Shown here: positions 19,543-28,531 of the stretch, piece after piece
Layout: every line of letters begins with the position of its first letter
Numbering within the stretch: position 1 is the stretch's first letter
From: Nitrososphaerales archaeon
Lineage (GTDB): Archaea; Thermoproteota; Nitrososphaeria; Nitrososphaerales; JACAEJ01
Reading direction: 5' to 3'
Length of the DNA: 55,040 nt
NCBI GenBank assembly: GCA_013388925.1
Contig: JACAEJ010000012.1
Coordinates: forward strand, 1-55,040
Notes under the pieces: model-generated
Told to the model about the DNA's origin: nothing
The model's input: the letters and a program-made list of their open reading frames with translations, nothing else
Database searches by the model: none
Program-made: the position numbers and the translations under genes

Positions 19543-20760
19543 ATGAAAGAGAAGGAGACAGAGGCTCTAACAAAGAAGTTGATTGAACTTGTAGAAAGGC
19601 TCGGCGATCTGGAGATAGAGAACGTCGAAATCAAGGCCGAGGAGCTTACACTCATCCTTCAACCCGTCATAGGGGCCATGGTACAAGCTCCACAGTTACT
19701 GCCGAAGGTTGAGGAGAAGGCATTAGAAACTCTGCTCAAGGCCGAGTTCTCTCCACCTATCGAGGCCTATCCAGGAGAGGTCGTCGAAGTTCGAATAGGG
19801 GCTACGAAGTCTGATGGTGGCTCTAGGAGGAAGGTGGTAAAGATAGGCGGGGAGAAGACCATGCCCTTCTACAGCTTTGAGCTTCTGAACCCTAACAGGC
19901 CTGCCTTCACCATGGATGTATTTGATATGCCTATAACGTTGGCAAAGTCCGTCATGCAACACTTTGAAGATGTTATGCAAGACCCCGCCGACTGGGCCAA
20001 GAAGTGCGTTGAAGACTTTGGTGCCGACATAGTTTCTCTTAACCTTGTGAGCACTGATCCGACGATAAAGGATGTCTCACCAAAAGATGCTGCAAAGACC
20101 GTTGAGAAGGTCTTGCAGGCAGTAGATGCTCCGTTGGTCATAGGAGGTTCGGGGAATAAGGTGAAGGACCCATTGATGCTAGAGGCCGCCGCCGAGGTAG
20201 CGAGTGGTGAGAGATGTGTACTTAACTCCGCAAATGTGGACAACGATTACAAGAGAATAGTCAGCGCAGCGAAGCGGTACGGTCATGTGGTAGTCGCTTT
20301 TACACCTATGGACATCAACAACCAGAAGAAGCTTAACAGGCTCCTTCTTGACGAGGGTCTACCAAAGGAGCAGATAATAATGGACCCTACCACTGCAGCT
20401 CTTGGCTATGGTCTTGACTATACCATCAGCCTCATGGAGAGGATCAAGCTTTCTGGTCTTTTAGGAGACTCTGACCTGCAGATGCCCATACTCTCCCCAT
20501 CAAGCAACGCATGGGGGGCTAGAGAAGCTTGGATGAAGTCTGAAGAATTTGGACCAAAAGAGTATAGAGGGCCTCTCTGGGAGACCGTAACGGCGATCAC
20601 GACTATGATGGCCGGAGGGGATCTTTTCATGCTGAGCCATCCTGCCACTGTTAGGGTTCTGAAGGGTCTAGTGGAGAGCCTCTATGAAGAGGTGGATGTA
20701 GAGCACGTGTACAAGCCCTCAAAGAAGATTCAAGACTGGATAACCGATATAGGAGTATGA
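19543..20760 (+). CDS. cdhD: Acetyl-CoA decarbonylase/synthase complex subunit delta (corrinoid Fe-S protein small subunit)
   Basis: About 405 aa from ATG 19543 (MKEKETE). TIM-barrel CdhD-like sequence in the canonical position after cdhC. Confidence 0.9.
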   Translation: MKEKETEALTKKLIELVERLGDLEIENVEIKAEELTLILQPVIGAMVQAPQLLPKVEEKALETLLKAEFSPPIEAYPGEVVEVRIGATKSDGGSRRKVVKIGGEKTMPFYSFELLNPNRPAFTMDVFDMPITLAKSVMQHFEDVMQDPADWAKKCVEDFGADIVSLNLVSTDPTIKDVSPKDAAKTVEKVLQAVDAPLVIGGSGNKVKDPLMLEAAAEVASGERCVLNSANVDNDYKRIVSAAKRYGHVVVAFTPMDINNQKKLNRLLLDEGLPKEQIIMDPTTAALGYGLDYTISLMERIKLSGLLGDSDLQMPILSPSSNAWGAREAWMKSEEFGPKEYRGPLWETVTAITTMMAGGDLFMLSHPATVRVLKGLVESLYEEVDVEHVYKPSKKIQDWITDIGV

Positions 20761-20766
20761 GAAGTC

Positions 20767-22170
20767 ATGCCTGAAAAAGCGAGCTTGCTATCGATCTACA
20801 GTTACCTCCCTCAGACGAACTGTGGGGAGTGTGGAGAGCCCAATTGTATGGTCTTTGTCTCGAAGCTTCTGGAGAGAAAGGCAAACCCAGAGGACTGCCC
20901 TCCCTTAAAGAAGCCGAAGTATAAGGAGCAGATGGCCAAGTTGGTCGAGCTCCTAGTCCCACCGATCAGAGAGGTGAAGATAGGCGTGGGGGAAGATGTA
21001 GTGAAGATAGGTGGTAAGGAGGTTATGTATAGGCACGAGCTCACCTACCACAACCCTACGGCAATAGCCATAGATGTAAGCGACTTGATGGACGATGGAA
21101 AGATCGTCGAGAGGTGCAGAGCGGTAGAGGCCTTTTCTCTTGTAAGGATAGGAGAGCGTCTTAGGCTGAACATGATAGCTGTCAGGTGTGCATCAAAAGA
21201 TCCTGACAGGTTCTCTTATGTGACATCCCTTGTGGCAAGGAGTTGTAAGCTCCCTCTGATCCTCTGCTCCTTCGATCCAAAGAGCCTTAGAGCAGCGCTG
21301 GAGGGAGGGCAGGTAGCCAACAGGAGACCCTTGCTCTATGCTGCCACAGAAGAAAATTGGAGAGAAGTATCGGAGCTTGCAAAGCAGTACAACTGCCCAG
21401 TGGCAGTATTTGCTCTCAACCTAGGATCGGTCAAGTCTCTGACCAAGACCCTGAAGGCGAGAGGGATTCAAGACATGATAATAGACTTTGGAACTCACAC
21501 GGAAGGCGGGCTCTTGAAAGAGAGCGTCAACAACTCGGTCATGGTAAGGAGAGTAGCCGTACAGAGGGGAGACAAAGACATGGGCTATCCCATCATGTTC
21601 ATCCCAGCGATGGTGTGGATGGGAGAGGAGGTGGACCCTGTGACCACTTCTTACAAAGAGGCCTACATCGCATCTTTGTTCTTGAATAGGTATGCAGACC
21701 TGATCATAACGCACACCATGGAGGTATGGTCGTTGCTCCCAGTGATAACCCTAAGGCAGAACATATACACAGACCCTAGGAAGCCCGTCTCGGTAGATTC
21801 CGGGCTTCGCACCATAGGAAGTCCTCATGAGAAGTCTCCTGTGCTATTGACGACGAACTTTTCCCTGACTTACTACACCGTGGCCAACGATCTGGAGTCT
21901 GCGGGGATAGATTGCTACCTCGTCGTCTTGAATACAGAGGGGTTGGCCGTAGAAGTGTCCGTGGCTGGGGGGCAGTTCCATCCATCCGATATCAAGGACA
22001 TATTCTCATCTGTAAACATGGAAGAGAAGGTGAAGCACCGCAAACTTATCATCCCAGGATTGGCGGCAAGGCTGAAGGGAGACATCGAGGACTCGACGAA
22101 TTGGGAGGTCATAGTAGGTCCAAGGGATTCTTCACAGATCAAGGGCTTTCTCTCAAAGTACTGGGGTTAG
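20767..22170 (+). CDS. cdhE: Acetyl-CoA decarbonylase/synthase complex subunit gamma (corrinoid Fe-S protein large subunit)
   Basis: 467 aa. N-terminal [4Fe-4S] motif LPQTNCGECGEPNCMVF and a C-terminal corrinoid-binding region. Confidence 0.9.
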   Translation: MPEKASLLSIYSYLPQTNCGECGEPNCMVFVSKLLERKANPEDCPPLKKPKYKEQMAKLVELLVPPIREVKIGVGEDVVKIGGKEVMYRHELTYHNPTAIAIDVSDLMDDGKIVERCRAVEAFSLVRIGERLRLNMIAVRCASKDPDRFSYVTSLVARSCKLPLILCSFDPKSLRAALEGGQVANRRPLLYAATEENWREVSELAKQYNCPVAVFALNLGSVKSLTKTLKARGIQDMIIDFGTHTEGGLLKESVNNSVMVRRVAVQRGDKDMGYPIMFIPAMVWMGEEVDPVTTSYKEAYIASLFLNRYADLIITHTMEVWSLLPVITLRQNIYTDPRKPVSVDSGLRTIGSPHEKSPVLLTTNFSLTYYTVANDLESAGIDCYLVVLNTEGLAVEVSVAGGQFHPSDIKDIFSSVNMEEKVKHRKLIIPGLAARLKGDIEDSTNWEVIVGPRDSSQIKGFLSKYWG

Positions 22171-22596
22171 TTGAAGAAAGCATTGAGATTCCATATAGAT
22201 GTTCTTCACCCAGAAAGGTGTATAGGCTGCTATAGCTGTGTCTATGCGTGCTCGAGGCACCTATTCAACACCATCGACCCTTCAAGAGTGGCTGTGTTCG
22301 TGAGGTTGAATGGCACAATAGCGAACCCCTTCTCTGTTATAGCCTGCAGATTCTGCAAGAGTCCGGAGTGCGCTTTTGCTTGCCCTACAAAGGCCCTACA
22401 ACCATTGCCAGAGGGAGGCATAACTTTGATAGCTTCAAGGTGTGAGGGGTGCAAGACCTTCGATTGTATAAGTGCGTGTGCCATTGAGGCTTTGGCTCTG
22501 GATAGGAGGACCAAATTACCGATAATATGTGATAGGTGTGGAGACTGCGCCAAGTACTGCCCTCACAATATATTCAGGTATGAGGAGATGAAGTGA
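22171..22596 (+). CDS. Poly-[4Fe-4S] ferredoxin-domain protein (AOR-associated)
   Basis: 141 aa. CIGCYSCVYAC, CRFCKSPECAFACP, CEGCKTFDCISAC and CDRCGDCAKYCP. The TTG start directly abuts the cdhE TAG. Confidence 0.8.
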   Translation: MKKALRFHIDVLHPERCIGCYSCVYACSRHLFNTIDPSRVAVFVRLNGTIANPFSVIACRFCKSPECAFACPTKALQPLPEGGITLIASRCEGCKTFDCISACAIEALALDRRTKLPIICDRCGDCAKYCPHNIFRYEEMK

Positions 22597-24396
22597 TTGC
22601 TGAGCAGAGTCCTGTACGTTGATATTGGTAAGAGATCAAGCTGGGTAGTGGATAAACACGATATCTTCTCAAAGTACCTTGGAGGCTCGGGCGTAGCGTC
22701 GAAGCTCCTCCTTGAAGAGGCAAGACCTGGTATTGATCCCTTCTCTCCAGAAGCGCCCATAATCTTTTCACCAGGTTATCTAGTGGGGGTGTTTCCTTGC
22801 ATGGTCAAGGCCGTTGCCATGTTCAAATCTCCTCTGACCAAGAATCTTGGCGAGTCTCATGCTGGGGGGCACTTTTCTAGTGCTTTGAGGTTCGCTGGTT
22901 ATGGGGCTCTGGTCGTTCGCGGTGCATCGGAGTACCCAGTAGCAGTGAAGATAAAAGACGATAAGGTAAGGGTCGAAATGGCCGATTCCCTTTGGGGTCT
23001 GTCTCCCCTAGATGTGGAAAGAAGCCTTAGAGAGAGTCACTATGAAGGCATGCAGAGTGTGATAAGCTGTGGCAAGGCTGGGGAGAGGCTTGTGTGCTAC
23101 AGCAACGTCATAGTGGACAGATACCACCACTTTGGAAGGCTGGGTCTTGGAGCCGTTTTTGGGAGCAAGAGGCTGAAAGCTATATCGATCCTAGGGACTG
23201 GAGAAATCCCTCTGGAGAGCCCCTTGGCTGTGAAGGAGATGTACGAGAAGCTGAACCATGAAGTTGTCCTTAGTGGCAAGATGTCGAAGTATCACGATCT
23301 TGGAACCTCGGCCAATATGCTCGAACTCAATGAGTTGGGTGCTCTGCCAACTCATAACTTCAAAGATTCTAGGTTCAAGGGAGCTGAAGGGATTTCGGGA
23401 GAGGTTATGGCCGAGTCGTTGCTGAGAAGGAAGATCTCGTGTCCAGGCTGCCCTATAGCCTGCATACACTTGGCGGGATTGAGGACAGACTTTGCCCCTG
23501 AGCATGAAAAAGGCAAGAAGGAGGTATTCTCTGAAGAGGTTTTACTCCCCTACAATTATGAGCCCATGTATGCGTTGGGGAGCAACCTTCTTTTGAGTGA
23601 GGCAAAAAATCTGCTCAGGCTCATATATCATTGTGAGTTCCTTGGCTTGGATGCTATGATGGTGGGGAATATATTGGCATGGACGACGGAGGCTTTCGAA
23701 GAGGGCAGAATAACTCTCGATGATACTCTTATCAAGCCTGAGTGGGGGAGCGTTGAAGCTTACCTGCAAATCATAAACAACATAGTAGATATGAAGAGCC
23801 CCTTCTATGCCAAGTTGGCCCAGGGACTTTTGGAGACCTCTAAGAGGTATGGGGGAAGAGAATATGCAATGATAGCAGGCAACAACGGAATGGCTGGTTA
23901 CATAACAGGCTACGGCTCCATAGTAGGAGCTTTGGTAGGGGCAAGACACTCGCACCTGAGTAACTCTGGCTATAGCATAGACCAGAAGACCATGAACCAG
24001 CCTTTAAGTCATGAGCAGATATCCGACTTTCTGATTGAACAGGAGGACTGGCTTTATGCGCTTTACTCTCTAGGGGCTTGCTACTTCTGCCGGGGAGTCT
24101 ATACAAAGGAGGCTGTCTGTGAGGCCCTCAAGACTGTTGGTACAGAAAAGACCAAAGAAGAACTGATGAAGATGGGCAAAGAGATTTTTCACAATCTCTA
24201 CAAGTTCAAGGTTAGAGAAGGGTTCGAGCTGGCAGAGCAAGAACCCCCGAAGAGGGTCTATCAGGTCCAAACCCCACATGGGATGCTCAAGGCTGAAGAA
24301 GTGAAGGCTATAATAAAGCTCTACATAAAGAAGAGGGAAGGGGAGGGACTTCGGTTGAAGCCCGAGGAGAAGGCTTTGAAGGAGCTTCTTAGGTAA
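22597..24396 (+). CDS. aor: Aldehyde:ferredoxin oxidoreductase family (tungstopterin enzyme)
   Basis: 599 aa. AOR N-terminal domain (RVLYVDIGKRSSW ... YLGGSGVASKLL), CPGCPIAC [4Fe-4S] ligands and the C-terminal AFOR domains. The TTG start directly follows the ferredoxin TGA. Confidence 0.9.
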   Translation: MLSRVLYVDIGKRSSWVVDKHDIFSKYLGGSGVASKLLLEEARPGIDPFSPEAPIIFSPGYLVGVFPCMVKAVAMFKSPLTKNLGESHAGGHFSSALRFAGYGALVVRGASEYPVAVKIKDDKVRVEMADSLWGLSPLDVERSLRESHYEGMQSVISCGKAGERLVCYSNVIVDRYHHFGRLGLGAVFGSKRLKAISILGTGEIPLESPLAVKEMYEKLNHEVVLSGKMSKYHDLGTSANMLELNELGALPTHNFKDSRFKGAEGISGEVMAESLLRRKISCPGCPIACIHLAGLRTDFAPEHEKGKKEVFSEEVLLPYNYEPMYALGSNLLLSEAKNLLRLIYHCEFLGLDAMMVGNILAWTTEAFEEGRITLDDTLIKPEWGSVEAYLQIINNIVDMKSPFYAKLAQGLLETSKRYGGREYAMIAGNNGMAGYITGYGSIVGALVGARHSHLSNSGYSIDQKTMNQPLSHEQISDFLIEQEDWLYALYSLGACYFCRGVYTKEAVCEALKTVGTEKTKEELMKMGKEIFHNLYKFKVREGFELAEQEPPKRVYQVQTPHGMLKAEEVKAIIKLYIKKREGEGLRLKPEEKALKELLR

Positions 24397-24441
24397 GACG
24401 GTCTATACTTTAATTAGCTTCTTTGGGAATAATAATGGTGA

Positions 24442-24798
24442 ATGGTCTTGTGTGAATTCAAGGTCTTCAGTAGAAGGGGTGAAAAGGAGCAGGAAGTTGC
24501 GGAGGACATAGTCTACGCGAAGGCTAGCGACAAATATGTCATACTGAGGGATATTCTTGGATTGGCCATTAAGATTCCTGGGGCGGTGATAGATGAGGTG
24601 GACGTAGGTTCGGAGATCCTAAAGCTATCGGCATCGCCCATTATCCTTAAGCTGAACAAGTTCTTGAAGACTTGTGACAGGTGTAAAGCCGATAGAGTCT
24701 ATAGCGACGAACTAGAAGCGCTTTGGAATGAGGTCAAGGCATCCGGCGATGAAGCCGTGCGCGAACTCTGGAAGAAGTATGGGAGAAGAAAGGGTTGA
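24442..24798 (+). CDS. CooT-like putative nickel chaperone with a C-terminal extension
   Basis: The N-terminal ~65 aa (CEFKVFSRRGEKEQEVAEDIVYAKASDKYVILRDILGLAIKIPGAVIDEVDVGSEILKL) resemble the small beta-barrel CooT family. TTG 24448 would give the family-typical Met-Cys N-terminus. The stop overlaps the cooC start (TTGA). Confidence 0.5.
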   Translation: MVLCEFKVFSRRGEKEQEVAEDIVYAKASDKYVILRDILGLAIKIPGAVIDEVDVGSEILKLSASPIILKLNKFLKTCDRCKADRVYSDELEALWNEVKASGDEAVRELWKKYGRRKG

Positions 24799-25565
24799 CC
24801 TTTACCATAGCTGTGTCAGGGAAAGGTGGAACTGGAAAGACGGCCATTACGGCCCTTCTTGTCAAGGCTCTGGGTAAAAGAGTAGACGGGCCCATGCTCG
24901 TCGTGGATGCAGATCCAAACTCCAACCTAAACGAGGCTCTTGGCATAGATGCCAAAAGGACAATAGGAGACATAAGAGAGAGGTTCCTCAAGAATAAGGA
25001 GAGCCTACCGCCAGAGCAACCCAAGGATGAATACCTGAACTACCTTATTCAAAGCTCTATAATAGAAGGTGAGGATTTTGATATGATGATTATGGGCAGA
25101 CCCGAGGGGCCGGGCTGCTACTGCTATTTGAACAACATACTGAGGAAGATAATAGACTCTACGTCTCAGCACTACCCCTTGGTCCTCATAGATACAGAGG
25201 CTGGGCTAGAGCACTTCAGTAGAAGGACCACTAAAGACCTTGACTTATTGTTGGTTGTTACAGATCCCACTGTCAGAGGCGCCATGACCGCCAAGAGGAT
25301 AAAAGAGCTCTGCAAGGAGTTGCACATAAAGGTGGGAAGAATCTTCCTCATCATAAACAGGATGTCTCCACAGTTGGAAGGCAGGATAGACGGGATAGCA
25401 AAGACGTCTGGGATAGAGCTTGGAGGAATAGTCCCTGAAGATTCTTTGATTCAACAGTTCGACATAAAAGGGGATTCTTTGTTGAACCTCCCAGAGAATT
25501 CCCCTGCCTTAAAGGCCATCGATGATCTCGTGGAGAGGGTTCTCCTCCGTTTGATTGCGGCTTAA
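24795..25565 (+). CDS. cooC: CODH nickel-insertion accessory ATPase CooC (copy 1)
   Basis: 256 aa. Deviant Walker A SGKGGTGKT, metal-binding CYCY (C-x-C), MinD/ParA fold. Confidence 0.9.
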   Translation: MTFTIAVSGKGGTGKTAITALLVKALGKRVDGPMLVVDADPNSNLNEALGIDAKRTIGDIRERFLKNKESLPPEQPKDEYLNYLIQSSIIEGEDFDMMIMGRPEGPGCYCYLNNILRKIIDSTSQHYPLVLIDTEAGLEHFSRRTTKDLDLLLVVTDPTVRGAMTAKRIKELCKELHIKVGRIFLIINRMSPQLEGRIDGIAKTSGIELGGIVPEDSLIQQFDIKGDSLLNLPENSPALKAIDDLVERVLLRLIAA

Positions 25566-25583
25566 GATCTTAGTGATCGATTC

Positions 25584-26375
25584 ATGAAGTTGGCCATAGC
25601 TGGCAAGGGAGGGACTGGCAAGACCACCCTTGCAGGGACTCTTGCAAGGCTCTTCGCTAGAGATGGGTACAAGGTTATCGCGATAGACGCGGACCCTGCC
25701 ATGAACCTAGCATCCACATTGGGCATAGCTCCAGATGCTGCCTCGAAGATTGTTCCCATATCAGAGAATGAGGATCTGATAGAGGAGAGGACGGGGGTGA
25801 GACCAGGCTCTTCAGGGTCTGTCTTTAGCCTGACGCCAAACGTTCGCGATATAGCGGATAGGTATGGAGTTCGAGGTCCAGATAATACCATGCTCATCGT
25901 CATGGGGACCGTAAAGTCTGGCGGGATTGGGTGCATGTGTCCTGCCCATTCACTACTAAGAGCGTTGATGAGACACATACTCATAGACAGAAGGGATGTG
26001 GTGATCATGGATATGGAGGCTGGGCTCGAGCATCTAGGTAGAGGTACAGTAAGGGGAATGGATGCCATCCTTTGTGTAGTCGAGCCGAGGACTCAATCCG
26101 TGGAGACTGCCGTCAGAGTGTCAAGGCTTGCAAGGGATATAGGGGTCAAATCCATCCTTGCTGTGGAGAGCAAGGTAAGAAACGAAGAAGAGAAGAGCTT
26201 TCTCGATAAGAGATTGAAGGAGATAGGAGTCCCCATAATTGGATCTGTTCCTTACGATGAAGCAATAGCCAAGTCCGATATGCTGAGAATTGCTCCTATA
26301 GATTTCGCCCCGGATTCTCCGGTCATCAAAGCCATAGATGCAATAAGGAAGAGTCTAATTAAGATCTACGCCTGA
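25584..26375 (+). CDS. cooC: CODH nickel-insertion accessory ATPase CooC (copy 2)
   Basis: 263 aa. AGKGGTGKT and GCMCP (C-x-C). Confidence 0.9.
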   Translation: MKLAIAGKGGTGKTTLAGTLARLFARDGYKVIAIDADPAMNLASTLGIAPDAASKIVPISENEDLIEERTGVRPGSSGSVFSLTPNVRDIADRYGVRGPDNTMLIVMGTVKSGGIGCMCPAHSLLRALMRHILIDRRDVVIMDMEAGLEHLGRGTVRGMDAILCVVEPRTQSVETAVRVSRLARDIGVKSILAVESKVRNEEEKSFLDKRLKEIGVPIIGSVPYDEAIAKSDMLRIAPIDFAPDSPVIKAIDAIRKSLIKIYA

Positions 26376-26471
26376 TCTAAAAAAAGATCGCATATTCACT
26401 GTTATAGGTTGGTAAAAGATAAAAAGGCGAAAGAACTGGAGGTTGAACTGGTAGCATAAAGGTGAATATGT

Positions 26472-27299
26472 TTGGCATCTATCTTATTGAAACTTAAGGC
26501 AAAGGTGGAGAGACCTCTCGACGCCTATGTTATAAGTCCTGATGTCTTCGCAGGAAAGTCTCTAGAGGAGATAAAGAACTTGGAGATGTGGCAGGGCAAC
26601 AAGAAGGTAAAACTGGGAGAATTGTTCGATGTTTCTGGCGAAGTGGGTCAGAAGGCAGATGACGTTTCTATCACAATGGAAGGAGACCTATCAAAGGCTA
26701 GAAGGATAGGGAAGCAGATGATGTCTGGCAAGATCTTCGTGGATGGAAATGCTGGCCTATATGTTGGTGATGGGATGAAGGGCGGAGAGATACATGTTAA
26801 GGGCAATGCCGATTCTTGGCTTGGCTTCGAAATGAAGGGAGGGATGATAGAGGTGGAGGGCGATGCAAGGGACTTTGTCGGCGCGGGCTATAGAGGCTCA
26901 AAGAACGGCATGAGTGGAGGAACCATCACGATCAAAGGAAGAGCTGGCAGTGAGGTGGGATGCTTTATGAAGGATGGAATAATAAGAGTAAATGGCGATA
27001 TAGGGCTCCATACAGGGATTCATATGCAAGGCGGTACAATCCTCGTCTTTGGAGATGCGGATGGCAGGATGGGTAGTCAGATGACTGGAGGCAAGGTAAT
27101 AGTGGCGGGAAAGGTCCCCGATATACTGCCGAGCTTCCTGATCGATGATGTCAAGCCCAATGTAAAGGTAGGAGCAGACAAGATAGCAGGCCCCTTCTAC
27201 TCTTTTACGGGGGACATGATGGAGGGGGGCAACGGGAAGGTTTTCGTGGCCGTCCAGAAGAATGAGCACCTCAAGAAGAAGGAGGCATACATCCTCTAG
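26472..27299 (+). CDS. fwdC: Formylmethanofuran dehydrogenase subunit C
   Basis: 275 aa. Repeated beta-helix units G-x-x-MKGG-x-I-x-V-x-G-x-A (MKGGEIHVKGNA, MKGGMIEVEGDA, MKDGIIRVNGD, MQGGTILVFGDA, MTGGKVIVAG). Confidence 0.85.
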   Translation: MASILLKLKAKVERPLDAYVISPDVFAGKSLEEIKNLEMWQGNKKVKLGELFDVSGEVGQKADDVSITMEGDLSKARRIGKQMMSGKIFVDGNAGLYVGDGMKGGEIHVKGNADSWLGFEMKGGMIEVEGDARDFVGAGYRGSKNGMSGGTITIKGRAGSEVGCFMKDGIIRVNGDIGLHTGIHMQGGTILVFGDADGRMGSQMTGGKVIVAGKVPDILPSFLIDDVKPNVKVGADKIAGPFYSFTGDMMEGGNGKVFVAVQKNEHLKKKEAYIL

Positions 27300-27309
27300 G
27301 GTGATCTGA

Positions 27310-28266
27310 TTGGTCATAAGCGTCAATCTTGGGGCTTTAAAGATAGTAAACGAGATGATAGAGAGGAAGGAAGAGCTTGCAATAGGTGTTGTCAAGGCTG
27401 GGAACGGAGCGACGATTATAGACGCGGGAATAAAGGCAAAGGGAGGGTTCTTGGCTGGAAAGTACGTCACAGAGGTTTGCATGGGGGGGTATGGCGAGGC
27501 TTCTCTATCCTACTTCGACCACAGCGGGCTGTCTTTACCAAAGATTTCCGTCTCAACAGACCATCCTGCTATTGCGCTTCTTGGTTCACAGTTCGCCGGC
27601 TGGAGGATAAGCGTTGGGAAGTACTTTGCCATGGGTTCAGGGCCTGCAAGGGCCATACCGATGAAGCCTAAGGATTTGTATGCAAAGATAGGGTATCAGG
27701 ACTCGGCAGATGTGGCGGTCATAATCTTGGAGACCTCTGAGGAACCTCCTGTAGATGCTCTAGATTACATCGCAAAGGAGTGCAGAGTAAGCCCAGATAG
27801 GTTGTATGCAATACTCACCCCCACTTCTAGCGTTGCAGGCTCTGCTCAGATTTCGGGCAGGATAGTGGAGACAGGTTTGCACAGATTGACAGAGCTGGGG
27901 TTCAACCCATTAAAGGTGTTGTATGGCTGTGGTCAAGCACCCATAGCCCCATGCCATCCAAAGGCTACAAAGGCCATGGGTAGGACCAACGACATGCTCA
28001 TGTATGGAGGCGAGACCTTCTTCATAGTGGACAGTGAAGACGATCAGGAGATAGTAAAGCTGCTCGAGAAGGCCCCATCTTCGTCTTCATCAGCCTATGG
28101 AGCTCCATTTTACGATATCTTCAAGGCCGCCAACTTTGACTTCTACAAGATAGACCCTGGTCTATTTGCACCAGCATCAATCAATGTCAACAACATGAGG
28201 ACTGGCAACAGCTTCAGTGCAGGCAAGATCAACCCAGAGATCGTGAAGAAGTCTATAGGGCTCTAA
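27310..28266 (+). CDS. mch: Methenyltetrahydromethanopterin cyclohydrolase
   Basis: 318 aa, TTG start. ISVN, GATIIDAGIKAKGGFLAGKYVTEVCMGGYG and the overall length match Mch. Confidence 0.9.
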   Translation: MVISVNLGALKIVNEMIERKEELAIGVVKAGNGATIIDAGIKAKGGFLAGKYVTEVCMGGYGEASLSYFDHSGLSLPKISVSTDHPAIALLGSQFAGWRISVGKYFAMGSGPARAIPMKPKDLYAKIGYQDSADVAVIILETSEEPPVDALDYIAKECRVSPDRLYAILTPTSSVAGSAQISGRIVETGLHRLTELGFNPLKVLYGCGQAPIAPCHPKATKAMGRTNDMLMYGGETFFIVDSEDDQEIVKLLEKAPSSSSSAYGAPFYDIFKAANFDFYKIDPGLFAPASINVNNMRTGNSFSAGKINPEIVKKSIGL

Positions 28267-28531
28267 AAGGACACAAAAGCCCAGATTCTCTCGATAAGGG
28301 AATCGTAGAAGAGTGATTCATCTAGTGACAATAAGAGAGAAATCTCTTGAGGATCAAGCTTTCAGGGCCTTGATTTGTAATACGCTCTCTTATCGGAACT
28401 TATTTGGAAGGAGATTAAAGAATTATTGAGTCGAAATTAGATTAGGCTCTAGAAAAGAGAGTTATTAAGAGTTCTATGTCCTAATAAAATAAATAAAATA
28501 AAAACAATATATAATAGAAGAGAATATAATG

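Noticed and set aside
25562-27482. Long reverse-strand ORFs 25562..26068 (168 aa) and 26898..27482 (194 aa).
   Set aside because: They lie antisense to cooC copy 2 and fwdC/mch, which have strong family signatures. Their translations are low-complexity (S/P/A/L-rich) and typical of shadow frames.
28484-28505. AATAAAAT-type tandem repeat, considered as a possible repeat or CRISPR fragment.
   Set aside because: It is only about 2.5 units of low-complexity AT sequence in an intergenic spacer. There are no spacer-repeat periodicity and no cas genes anywhere in the window.
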